DNA from: a virus | Length of the DNA stretch: 64,000 nucleotides | Strand: one strand, 5' to 3' | IMG/VR virus record: IMGVR_UViG_3300005518_000003 | Coordinates: 1-64,000 of that record | Part shown: piece after piece, positions 9,341 to 17,510 of the stretch | How the letters are laid out: each line of letters starts with the position of its first letter | How positions within the stretch are numbered: the first letter of the stretch is position 1 | Made by a program: the position numbers and the translations under genes | The notes under the pieces: generated by a model | The model's input: only the letters and a program-made list of their open reading frames with translations | Database searches by the model: none | What the model was told of the DNA's origin: nothing

Positions 9341-9945
9341 TTTGGTCCCTGATCGTTGGGCTCAAACTCGGCGTCGATCTCACCTGTCTGCGGAGCTTGC
9401 TTCTCCATGGTCGATCCGAAAACGATCATGCGAAGAAAGTCCTGAAGGACTTCGCCGATAGGCTGCTTCTCAGAGAGAATGCGCTCGATTTTTTCCTTCG
9501 TCTCGAAGCTGAAGACGTGAAAGTTCGATCCGCCTTGCCTCTTTTTGAAGGAAATCTCGACCTCGATCCTGTCGATGTTGTCGGCGAAAACGGCCACACC
9601 TTGGTCGACGACGAAGTTCACCATTTTGGCTGGACCAGCATCGGCCGCGGACTTGATCGCTTCGATGTCGATGAGATCTTTCCAGTTGATCCCGGCGAGT
9701 TTGCCCATTTTTTGGATAAGCGTCGTGTAACCGTACACCGCAAGGAGCACCGGCCATCCAAACGAAACGGTGAGAGCCACCAGCTTTAGGAACTTCGCAG
9801 GTTCCTTCACGCCGTGAAAGGCTGGAATCGCTCCGAGAAACGGCAGCATCGGTGTGATCTTCCAGATGAGGTACGCGTACGCGCCGCACGCGATCGTCAT
9901 GTAGATGAGCGACGAGACGATGATGAAAAGCTGCCAGTGAGCCAT
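9337..9945 (-). CDS. Membrane protein
   Basis: Two or three hydrophobic segments after MAHWQLF; start overlaps the GroES stop. Confidence 0.6.
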   Translation of the reverse strand: MAHWQLFIIVSSLIYMTIACGAYAYLIWKITPMLPFLGAIPAFHGVKEPAKFLKLVALTVSFGWPVLLAVYGYTTLIQKMGKLAGINWKDLIDIEAIKSAADAGPAKMVNFVVDQGVAVFADNIDRIEVEISFKKRQGGSNFHVFSFETKEKIERILSEKQPIGEVLQDFLRMIVFGSTMEKQAPQTGEIDAEFEPNDQGPK

Positions 9946-10535
9946 CAGTCCTCTTCGATCGCGGCGCGAAGCTGATCGTCTGCGACGACGACATGAGCTT
10001 CGCCGCCGATGGTGATCTCTGGCGAGTAGTTGTGGAAGTAGAGGACACGTTGCCCGATAACGACGTCTGGCATCGGCCACCGTTTTCCGCCCTTCTGTCG
10101 CATGCCAGGACCCATAGCCACGATCGTGCCAGAGACAAGGGCCTCTTTTTGCTGGCGCTCCTTTTGGTAGCTCTTCGGGATCACGATGCTGCCCACCTTT
10201 TCCTCGGGGGGATCGGGAAGAAGCAGCACTTTGTTGCCGATCGGTCGAAGCGTACCGTTCTCGAGCACGCCGTGGATGTCGAATTCTTCGAGGAGCAAGA
10301 ACTCGCCCTCCTCGAGCTTCACCACTTTGCCGGCAGAGCGAACGAACATGACGCGATCGTCCGTCTTCACGTCGAGAACGAACTCGGTCCCCACCGAGAC
10401 AACTTCACCTTCGGACGTCGGGATTTGCGCGGAGTCGGGGATGTGGATGAGTCCGATCTTTTTCTGGATCTCGTCGCGCTTGACGAGCACGCAGTCGTGG
10501 AGCGTCCGAAAATTCACCTTTCGTTCTTCGGTCAC
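9945..10535 (-). CDS. groES: Tandem two-domain GroES co-chaperonin
   Basis: Two Cpn10 units: FRTLHDCVLVKR..GLIHIPDSAQ..GEVVSVG..DIHGV and LRPIGNKVLL..GSIVIP..GTIVAMGPG..GQRVLY..DQLRA. Confidence 0.9.
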   Translation of the reverse strand: MTEERKVNFRTLHDCVLVKRDEIQKKIGLIHIPDSAQIPTSEGEVVSVGTEFVLDVKTDDRVMFVRSAGKVVKLEEGEFLLLEEFDIHGVLENGTLRPIGNKVLLLPDPPEEKVGSIVIPKSYQKERQQKEALVSGTIVAMGPGMRQKGGKRWPMPDVVIGQRVLYFHNYSPEITIGGEAHVVVADDQLRAAIEED

Positions 10536-10801
10536 TTTTCTTTCTTCTCCACGAGAACCCATTCCTGTTTCGCTTTGTCCCAGATCCATTCGTACCCGCG
10601 CTTTCTCTTCGTTGGCTTCCGTCCGCGAGGATTTCGCGAACCGGGGTTCTTTTTGTGACCGATCCGCGCCGCTCGCGCAGCCTCTTCGGGTGTGAAACGG
10701 TGAGGTCTCTTCTTCGAGCGAGCCGCAGCCAGACCACCCTGCCGAGCTGTCTCGCGGAGTGTTTCAGCGTCCATTCTGGCAAAACCGGTGCGTTTTCCCA
10801 C
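10532..10801 (-). CDS. KGG-motif (general stress protein-like) small protein
   Basis: GFARMDAETLRETARQGG...HRFTPEEAARAARIG. Confidence 0.75.
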   Translation of the reverse strand: MGKRTGFARMDAETLRETARQGGLAAARSKKRPHRFTPEEAARAARIGHKKNPGSRNPRGRKPTKRKRGYEWIWDKAKQEWVLVEKKEK

Positions 10802-10809
10802 GCGCGAAA

Positions 10810-10854
10810 CTTACTCTACCAGGCCCGAAACGATCAAGGTATAGGTAGAGTAAG
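10810..10854. promoter_or_regulatory. Divergent pair of GGTAGAGTAAG promoter-like motifs
   Basis: Inverted copies at 10810-10820 and 10844-10854 between divergent genes; related copies at 5495, 8257, 27422 and 53199. Confidence 0.55.
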
Positions 10855-10871
10855 CAAAAGGGATCAAAAAT

Positions 10872-11273
10872 ATGGCTCGTCGACATCGCTTCCATCGCAT
10901 TCGTCGCATCGACGTGGAAAAGAAGCGCTTTATGGAGCGCAAAAAAGCTGCCCAACAGCTTCTTCCGTGGAACGTCAACGCCTACTACGGCGGTTTCAAT
11001 CAGGCGTACGATCGCGCTCTTTTCAAAATTGTCGGCCGTTCAAGCGACGGCAGCGGCATGATGTTTGGCGACGGAGAACGAGATCACGGCTGGAGTTTCA
11101 AAACATATAAAGAAGCTCGTGAAGCGGCCAATACGCTCGTCGATTTTCCCGGCATCACACGTGTAGAAATCGTGGGGAACCTCACTGAAGAACGTGAGGT
11201 CGTTCTTATGAGCGGACCGTTCGAACCACGTTACGAACGCCGTCGTCGTCGTCGTCGTCGATCGAAGAAATAG
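10872..11273 (+). CDS. Hypothetical protein with Arg-rich termini
   Basis: 133-aa ORF ending in a poly-Arg (CGT) run just before tRNA-Arg. Confidence 0.65.
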   Translation: MARRHRFHRIRRIDVEKKRFMERKKAAQQLLPWNVNAYYGGFNQAYDRALFKIVGRSSDGSGMMFGDGERDHGWSFKTYKEAREAANTLVDFPGITRVEIVGNLTEEREVVLMSGPFEPRYERRRRRRRRSKK

Positions 11274-11278
11274 CTCTC

Positions 11279-11352
11279 GGGCTCGTAGCTCAATTGGATA
11301 GAGCGCCGCTCTACGGAAGCGGAGGTTGAAGGATCATTCCCTTCCGGGCTCA
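11279..11352 (+). tRNA. tRNA-Arg(ACG) with atypical T-loop
   Basis: Acceptor GGGCTCG/CGGGCTC, D arm GCTC-AATTGGATA-GAGC, anticodon arm CCGCT-CTACGGA-AGCGG, T arm GAAGG-ATCATTC-CCTTC. Confidence 0.85.
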
Positions 11353-11359
11353 CTCTTTT

Positions 11360-11617
11360 TTACGGAATCGGTCCGCCACCCGGCGGAACCGGCGGCGGCA
11401 CGGGAATCGGAACCGTTTTGCCCGTCCACGGCTGCGCGAACGATGCAGGCGGCTGCGGTGTGGGCGGAAGGTTCGTGTTCGGGTTGAGCGCGACGTTCGT
11501 CGGCAGCGAGTCGTTCGGCTCGTGTGGGAACGTCAGCTCCCAAAGCTTCTGCGTCTGCGCGATCGGGTACGGAAACGGTTCACGTTTCGAGAGTGCGATT
11601 GCTCTTTTCCAGCCCAT
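11360..11617 (-). CDS. Small Pro-rich hypothetical protein
   Basis: TATTCT-N6-ATG leaderless-type start. Confidence 0.5.
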   Translation of the reverse strand: MGWKRAIALSKREPFPYPIAQTQKLWELTFPHEPNDSLPTNVALNPNTNLPPTPQPPASFAQPWTGKTVPIPVPPPVPPGGGPIP

Positions 11618-11723
11618 GGGAAGAGAATAGCACGCGACCCCGTGGTACGTTCTATGTGCTTCGCGTGTGCGTTCCTGGGAGTTTCCGGATCGACTTGTCG
11701 GCGCGCACGCGAAGCTTCTCTAG

Positions 11724-11796
11724 AGCTCGGGGCCGGATTCGAACCGACATGGTTCCGCTTACGAAACGGGGGCTCTGCCAATTGAGTTACCCGAGC
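11724..11796 (-). tRNA. tRNA-Thr(CGT)
   Basis: Acceptor GCTCGGG/CCCGAGC, anticodon loop TTCGTAA, T arm GTCGG-TTCGAAT-CCGGC. Confidence 0.85.
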
Positions 11797-11800
11797 GCGG

Positions 11801-11872
11801 AGAGGGCGGTGAGATTCGAACTCACACTGCACGGTTTGGAAGACCGGCCTACGACCGTCGTATTGCGCCCTC
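11801..11872 (-). tRNA. tRNA-Gly(TCC) with atypical D arm
   Basis: Acceptor GAGGGCG/CGCCCTC, loop CTTCCAA, T arm GTGAG-TTCGAAT-CTCAC. Confidence 0.8.
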
Positions 11873-11876
11873 GCGC

Positions 11877-12218
11877 TTAGCTGACGGGCGTCACCCGTGT
11901 GCCACCTGTCGTCCCGGTGGTCAGCCGCTCGGTGTATTTGATTTCGCCTGGTCCCGCGGGTTCTTCGCGAAACCAATCGTTTCCTTCGCGCGCGAAACAG
12001 ATCGGTTCGCTCATTTCCACCTGATCACGGTGGAGAAGACCAATCGGCACGCCTTCTTCGATCAAGTAGGGGACCTCGAGCGTTCGAAACTCGGAGTTGC
12101 CGCGGAGCATGTGACGGAGGTCCATGCCGCCGTACAGCGCAGGCTTCGGACGCAGGAAGGGGAAGATCGCGTACACGATCGCCAAGAGTCCGGCGACGAT
12201 GAAGTTGCGACGTTCCAT
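11877..12218 (-). CDS. Small membrane/Tat-like protein containing a copied segment of the putative major capsid protein
   Basis: MERRNF + hydrophobic helix, then YGGMDLRHMLRGNSEFR..PY.I..G.PIGL shared with 16008..17390. Confidence 0.7.
   Translation of the reverse strand: MERRNFIVAGLLAIVYAIFPFLRPKPALYGGMDLRHMLRGNSEFRTLEVPYLIEEGVPIGLLHRDQVEMSEPICFAREGNDWFREEPAGPGEIKYTERLTTGTTGGTRVTPVS
12096..12134. repeat. 39-bp exact direct repeat, copy 1 (copy 2 at 16437-16475)
   Basis: gttgccgcggagcatgtgacggaggtccatgccgccgta at both sites. Confidence 0.95.
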
Positions 12219-12249
12219 GCAGGAGAGACTACACGATCGCGGCCCAATG

Positions 12250-12696
12250 TCACGCCGCGACGAGCGTGACAAGAGCTTGCCAGATGACCTGGTCTTTCGT
12301 GCCGACGCTGAGAGTGAGAGCACCGCGGGATCCCGGATCCGTTCCTGGAGGGATCATTAGATAGAGCTGCCCGAGCTCTCTTTTTTCCCAAAGCATTGCA
12401 AAGTCACCCGTAAACATTTCGTTATCGCCGATATCATTCCGAGCAACGATCTCGGGAGGGATTTTGATCCACAAAAAGTCCGCTGTCGGTCGAAGGAGAA
12501 ACGCCCCGTTGTCTCCGTCATGAAGAAGAAGCGGTGCATTGAGGTTGACTGACTTCGGCTGCGCTTTGGATGGAAGAAACGCGATTGGAACGCCTTGGGC
12601 CGCTGCTTTTTTCGGCCAGAAGACGATCGCTCCTGCGGCAACTCCCGCCACTCCCGCAGCAGCGAGCCACGCCCACTTTTTTGTTTCGGGTGTCAT
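12250..12696 (-). CDS. N-terminally membrane-anchored virion protein (putative)
   Basis: KKWAWLAAAGVAGVAAGAIVFWPKK TM. Confidence 0.65.
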   Translation of the reverse strand: MTPETKKWAWLAAAGVAGVAAGAIVFWPKKAAAQGVPIAFLPSKAQPKSVNLNAPLLLHDGDNGAFLLRPTADFLWIKIPPEIVARNDIGDNEMFTGDFAMLWEKRELGQLYLMIPPGTDPGSRGALTLSVGTKDQVIWQALVTLVAA

Positions 12697-12700
12697 GACG

Positions 12701-13291
12701 TCACGCGTGCCGGCGTCGACGGTGGCGAGCTCCGCCCTTTTTTGGTTTCGCAAGGACGGCCCACCCGATGATGCCAAGTCCGAGCACCGCCGCGCCGCCG
12801 AGAATCCACGGCGTGTAATCAGACTCCGTGGTCGTCCCGGTCGGTGGAACGGACACGGGAGTGATTCCGCCGCCACCGCCTTGAACAGGACCCGTTCCGT
12901 TGTGTGACTTCGTGTAGCCGACGCCACCGAGGTAGTCGGTCGCGACGTAGCCTTCTTTGCCGGAAAGCTCACCGCTCAAGACTTTGACGTGTGCCCAGTT
13001 GTGGCCACCGGCGTTGTAAACCATTTGCGCGTCCGTATCGACCGTATCGACCGGTTCGACGACGACGTTGTTGTTCGCGCCGTATCTGTTGTTGAAGCGA
13101 CCGATCTCGGCTCCGTTCGCTGTTTGACGAAGCGCCACCTGCGTCCCCGTGATCTCGTACGTGCCGGCAGGAACTTTTTCGCGAAGATTTGGATCCCCGA
13201 GAATGCCGAGACCCTCGTAGACGGACCCGAACCACGCCCCGAGACCAGCGGCGAGTTGAACTTCTTCGTGTTTGACGAGTTGCGTGTCCAT
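12701..13291 (-). CDS. SH3b-like domain protein with C-terminal TM anchor
   Basis: ALRQT...WAHVKV...EGYVATDYL SH3 pattern; TM followed by RHRRRR; GLG leader. Confidence 0.7.
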   Translation of the reverse strand: MDTQLVKHEEVQLAAGLGAWFGSVYEGLGILGDPNLREKVPAGTYEITGTQVALRQTANGAEIGRFNNRYGANNNVVVEPVDTVDTDAQMVYNAGGHNWAHVKVLSGELSGKEGYVATDYLGGVGYTKSHNGTGPVQGGGGGITPVSVPPTGTTTESDYTPWILGGAAVLGLGIIGWAVLAKPKKGGARHRRRRHA

Positions 13292-13301
13292 GTTCTGTCC
13301 T

Positions 13302-14384
13302 TTATGCAGGCGCGAGATGGCGCGGTCGAGATTCCTTGAGGGCCTTCCAAACGAGAAAGCCTCCTCCTCCGATCGTAGCTGCGATGGCAGTGCCGAGCAG
13401 CACCTTGCTTGTGGTGCTCATTCCCTGCGGAGGAGTCATCGGGGTCGGAGACGGAGATGGTTGCGGCTGCGGCTGTTTGATCTGCGTTCCAGCACCCGGT
13501 TCAACATACAACTGCGCGACCCAGCCAGCTCCGTGTGTCTGCGTTCCGACGCGCACGTAATCGATTCCGGCAAAATTCGGATCATTGTTCGGAGCTACGG
13601 TTTCGTCTTGCTTGACCATCCACTTGGGATCGGTCTCGACATCACCGAAGACGTACACATTTTCGCCGTTCTGAAGCGTTGCGATCGCGGTGGACTCGTA
13701 CTCCGGCTTCGCACGAAGAATCACCCCGGTACCTTTGATGTGGTAGTTCCCCGGCGTCGGATGTTCGTCGTATTCCATCCCGAGTCCGCGCTTTGACGGG
13801 CGGTAGTACGGATAGATGCCGACCCGCGCGCCTGGCGACGAAACCGGATTGACGGGACCCATCTGCGAGGCACCGTGTTCCGGCGAGCCAACTGGCCACA
13901 CCGGTCCCATTCGTTCGCTGCTTGGCATGTAGTAGGGATAGATCCCACCAGGGGCTCCAGCCGATGACGGACGAAACGATTCGATGTCTCCGAGCCCAGC
14001 GACACCGTAAAGACCCGTGATGAAACTGGCCGCGACGACGCAAACGAAGTACGCATGCGGCGAAGCTCGCTCACCCCACCATCCACCGCCTACGAATGCT
14101 GCACGCCATCCAGCTTGGAAAGGAAGCTTCGAGAGCGTGGCAACGACGTCGGAAGGAACCGGACCCGCGGGAGGCATCCACGAACACGATGCCGGCTCGA
14201 CGTAAACGTTAGGACCCCAAAACCAGGGCCAATCGAACCACGGCCCGCCACCGCGGAAGCGACGAAATCTACCCCCGTGGGAAACTGTATGATGAAATCC
14301 ACCATGCGGGTGTCCCCCACCGCCCATAGGTGGAGCGCCGAGTCCGATGATCGCACTTACGAGCTCGAGGTCTTGCGCGTTCAT
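13302..14384 (-). CDS. Multi-segment protein with SH3b-like domain and C-terminal TM anchor
   Basis: VILRAKP..IATLQNGENV..YVRV..GWVAQLYV; three GLG motifs; duplicated GIYPYY. Confidence 0.7.
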   Translation of the reverse strand: MNAQDLELVSAIIGLGAPPMGGGGHPHGGFHHTVSHGGRFRRFRGGGPWFDWPWFWGPNVYVEPASCSWMPPAGPVPSDVVATLSKLPFQAGWRAAFVGGGWWGERASPHAYFVCVVAASFITGLYGVAGLGDIESFRPSSAGAPGGIYPYYMPSSERMGPVWPVGSPEHGASQMGPVNPVSSPGARVGIYPYYRPSKRGLGMEYDEHPTPGNYHIKGTGVILRAKPEYESTAIATLQNGENVYVFGDVETDPKWMVKQDETVAPNNDPNFAGIDYVRVGTQTHGAGWVAQLYVEPGAGTQIKQPQPQPSPSPTPMTPPQGMSTTSKVLLGTAIAATIGGGGFLVWKALKESRPRHLAPA

Positions 14385-15250
14385 TCTTCGGGGTCGTCGA
14401 TCTCGAAGACCAACGCTCCTGCCACACGCCAGATGATGGCGGTTGGGAAATTGAGAAGAAATTGTTCTTCGGGCGAGAGGCCGCCTTCAAAAAACGGATT
14501 CGGTGCGGGAATTCGAACACGGCCTTCTTGCGAATCAGGATTCGTTTGCTGCACGCTCGCGTAGAACGCGATTCGGCACGGTCCCTGAAGACGAATGTCG
14601 AGTGCGTTCCAGTCGTGCGCATCGTCCCAGCGCGTTTTGAGATCGTAGAACGTATCGAGCTCACCCGTTACGCCCTCACCTGGTGGTTTTCCTCCGAGCG
14701 GAGGCGTGTACGCCGTGAGCTGCACGTAAAACGGCGTTGGTGTCGCAACGGTATTGAAGAGCAATCCAGGTCCAGCGGAATCGCGGAACGCGAGGTTCTG
14801 CTGATTTCCGCCGGTAAGCGGATCCATCCTTTGCTCTTGAAGTGGCGGACGACCATACGGTTCGTTCTTCCCCATTAGGCGCATGTGCCACGAGATATTT
14901 CCGTCCGGCAGCTTGAAATTCGGCGTTGTTACCCACTGCTCGACGACGCGCGGTCCCGCAGGAGGTCCTGTCACGTCGAGCCTGGTACCGAGCGACCAGC
15001 CCATGCGAAATCCGCGAAGCCAAACGTTGCACGCTTCCGGAAAATTCGCCGTGCAGAGCAAAAAGAGGAAACGGTTCGTCGGACCGTGGGTGACGAGCGC
15101 AGGCACACGAAGGCCAATCGATGACGTTCCGCCGTACGGATCGCCAGCGAGACCCTGCAATGCTTCGTCGATGCCGGTCGAGACGAGCTCGACTCGGCGT
15201 CTTGGAATCACCAGGCTTGGATATCGTCGGAGGTGAGCGACTGCGCCCAT
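14381..15250 (-). CDS. Putative capsid-associated structural protein
   Basis: Beta-rich soluble protein cotranscribed with the capsid candidate. Confidence 0.5.
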   Translation of the reverse strand: MGAVAHLRRYPSLVIPRRRVELVSTGIDEALQGLAGDPYGGTSSIGLRVPALVTHGPTNRFLFLLCTANFPEACNVWLRGFRMGWSLGTRLDVTGPPAGPRVVEQWVTTPNFKLPDGNISWHMRLMGKNEPYGRPPLQEQRMDPLTGGNQQNLAFRDSAGPGLLFNTVATPTPFYVQLTAYTPPLGGKPPGEGVTGELDTFYDLKTRWDDAHDWNALDIRLQGPCRIAFYASVQQTNPDSQEGRVRIPAPNPFFEGGLSPEEQFLLNFPTAIIWRVAGALVFEIDDPEE

Positions 15251-15258
15251 TCAGCCTC

Positions 15259-15927
15259 CTACGACTTGCACGCCGTGATGTAGCAGTCCGGAATCTGGAT
15301 TCCGCACATATCACGAAGTCGAAGCAGCGCTTCGCGATCCGTGATGTTGACGCCGTCGAACTTGTCCGTGTCGGGCGTAAGCGTTTTGAACGTCATCACG
15401 ACCGTGATTGGGAAGTCCGGGAGCTGGACACGCGCGAGAAAATCGACCTGGAGCTGCTGTTGGTACGTCATCACCCAGATGCCGTTTGGAAATCCGGGTC
15501 CTGGCGTTCCGGCGGCTTTCGCGAGCGTCGAGAGTGGCGTGAACTTCGATGCGATCGACGGCCGCGGCATGCCGACGACGTTGATCTTCGCTTCGATGCC
15601 GCTTTGGAGCGAAAAGAAGAAGTCGCTCTGCGGTTGAAGCACGTTCTGCGGCGTGCGGTCGCGTGTGATCGTGTACTCGATCTCCTCGATGATCGTGTCC
15701 GCGACGATCTTCACGTCGCTTCCGACTTCCGGATTCAGATTGCGATCCGGGTTGTCGAACGTCGTACGGACGTTGATGTAGTAGGGCACGAACGGAATGC
15801 CCTGCGCGCGCGCGAGTGCGAGTCGCGGATACCCGAGTGAGAGAAATCGGTAGATGTCCCTCAGCCAGTGATCGATCCCGCATGCCCCGGCGCAGTCGCC
15901 GAATCCCTTCTTGAGCTCGTCATTCAT
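15259..15927 (-). CDS. Putative minor/second capsid protein
   Basis: Alternating beta-strand pattern, strong codon bias, directly downstream of the capsid candidate. Confidence 0.5.
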   Translation of the reverse strand: MNDELKKGFGDCAGACGIDHWLRDIYRFLSLGYPRLALARAQGIPFVPYYINVRTTFDNPDRNLNPEVGSDVKIVADTIIEEIEYTITRDRTPQNVLQPQSDFFFSLQSGIEAKINVVGMPRPSIASKFTPLSTLAKAAGTPGPGFPNGIWVMTYQQQLQVDFLARVQLPDFPITVVMTFKTLTPDTDKFDGVNITDREALLRLRDMCGIQIPDCYITACKS

Positions 15928-15940
15928 GGGGTCTCTCGAC

Positions 15941-16001
15941 GCCTCAGCCCCTCGGCCTTTCGGCGTCGGGGCTTGGCGTAGCTAGCGCGGCTTTCGCCGC
16001 G
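15941..16001 (-). promoter_or_regulatory. Two GAAA-tetraloop hairpins downstream of the capsid gene
   Basis: CGCGGC-GAAA-GCCGCG and AGCCCC..GCC-GAAA-GGC..GGGGCU. Confidence 0.65.
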
Positions 16002-16007
16002 TCAGCG

Positions 16008-17390
16008 TTAGATGTTGACGAAGCCGCACTCGCACTCCGAGCAGAGTGCATCGCGCGCGTCCGCGTTGTTGCGGAGGAACGTCATGAGGTCGCCGTCGAG
16101 CTCGCGGCCCTTGACGAGCATCGAGAGCTTGAGGTCGCCCATCTTGTAGAAGGCGCGCTCCGCGAAGACCGCCTGCGAGTAGTTGACGATCGCCGCGGGC
16201 GGCACGTCGAGCGATTGCTCGAGCATGACCGGCGAGCCGCTGACCGTTCCGCCGAAGTTGATGTTCGTCGCGTCGACGATGAACGGAGGAATCACGCCGT
16301 TGCCCTGACGGCCCTGCGTGACCGAGAGGTAGTCGCGCATGATGTCGCCCTGGGTGTCGTCGACCTGCTGGAGGACGAGACCGATCGGGATGCCTGCGCC
16401 GATGATGTACGGCAAATCGAGCTTTCGGAACTCGCTGTTGCCGCGGAGCATGTGACGGAGGTCCATGCCGCCGTAGGTGACGGGCGCGAGCTCGAACGCG
16501 CGCGACGGACGGAATTCACCGACCGGTACGCCGCCGACCGTGAGCACGCCCTCGCGGATGAAGTCGATCTTGAGGAAGTCGAACGCCGTTCCGAGCGAGT
16601 CGTAGTAGTCGTTCGTGCGACGAATCTCGGCGAGAACTGCGTCCTCGCTGAGACCCGACGAGCCGTCCTGAGCGTTCGGCGGCATGTACGCCGTGTGACG
16701 GAGGATTTCGTCGAGGATGTTCCACTTCGTGCCGATCGCCCAGCGGAGATCGTACGCGCGCACGAGGTGCCACGCGACGTAGTTGGCCCACGCACCCCAC
16801 TGAAGGATGGCAGGACGCATGAACTGCGTCGGCGTCTGACCGTCGAAATTGTCACCGAGGGCTCCGTTCACGATGTCGGCGACGGTGAAGACATCGGGGC
16901 TCGGCGGCTTCGCTTGGCCGACGACCGGGTGCGTCCACGCGTTGCCGAGAATCGACCACGACTTCGGCTCGGGTTCGAGGTGAAATCCGATCGCGCACGC
17001 GAGCATGTGGGTGTTGAGCTCGCCGTTCTGCGGCATCGTCGATTCGACGAATGCCACACCTTCGACGCTCTTCGAATTTCCGAAGAGATCGATCTCGCTC
17101 GAGAAGTTCTTCTCGATCGCCTGGTCGGTGATCGGGCCGACGAGCGTCCAGCGCGTTTGATGGATCGTGTCCATCGCGTAGGACGCGCAGTCCATCGAGC
17201 TCTTGAGGAGGTTCGTGACGCCAACCGCGCCAAGACCCTTCTTCACGCCGCCTTCGTAAGAGCGGACCTTCTCGATGCTGATCGGCTCGCCAAGGCCGAC
17301 TTTCTTGATCTCGATCTCCCGCTTGATTTGGCGGAACTTCGGGCGGAACGGGTGTTTCGGAGTCGACGGTTTGGCAAGTGCGGTGTCCAT
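16008..17390 (-). CDS. Putative major capsid protein (non-HK97; jelly-roll suspected)
   Basis: Appears to have the strongest C/G third-position bias in the window, AGGAG RBS, flanking RNA hairpins, beta-rich, central in the structural cluster; fold not verifiable by eye. Confidence 0.55.
   Translation of the reverse strand: MDTALAKPSTPKHPFRPKFRQIKREIEIKKVGLGEPISIEKVRSYEGGVKKGLGAVGVTNLLKSSMDCASYAMDTIHQTRWTLVGPITDQAIEKNFSSEIDLFGNSKSVEGVAFVESTMPQNGELNTHMLACAIGFHLEPEPKSWSILGNAWTHPVVGQAKPPSPDVFTVADIVNGALGDNFDGQTPTQFMRPAILQWGAWANYVAWHLVRAYDLRWAIGTKWNILDEILRHTAYMPPNAQDGSSGLSEDAVLAEIRRTNDYYDSLGTAFDFLKIDFIREGVLTVGGVPVGEFRPSRAFELAPVTYGGMDLRHMLRGNSEFRKLDLPYIIGAGIPIGLVLQQVDDTQGDIMRDYLSVTQGRQGNGVIPPFIVDATNINFGGTVSGSPVMLEQSLDVPPAAIVNYSQAVFAERAFYKMGDLKLSMLVKGRELDGDLMTFLRNNADARDALCSECECGFVNI
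16437..16475. repeat. 39-bp exact direct repeat, copy 2
   Basis: Identical to 12096-12134. Confidence 0.95.
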
Positions 17391-17455
17391 GCTGTTCTCC
17401 TCTGCTCTCGTGGTTGCCGCAGCCGGGTCACGAGGTGCAGTTTGGTTTTTTCAAT

Positions 17456-17493
17456 GCCTCAGCCCCTCGGGCTTGCGCCGTTGGGGCTCTGGC
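17456..17493 (-). promoter_or_regulatory. GNRA hairpin upstream of the capsid gene, homologous to 15941-15977
   Basis: 15-bp exact match gcctcagcccctcgg and compensatory stem changes. Confidence 0.7.
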
Positions 17494-17510
17494 ACGCTAT
17501 GTCGAAGCGG

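Noticed and set aside
12096-16475. 39-bp repeat pair as DGR template/variable repeats or as a CRISPR spacer/protospacer
   Set aside because: No reverse transcriptase in the window; flanking differences are synonymous or conservative rather than adenine-specific; no flanking CRISPR repeats
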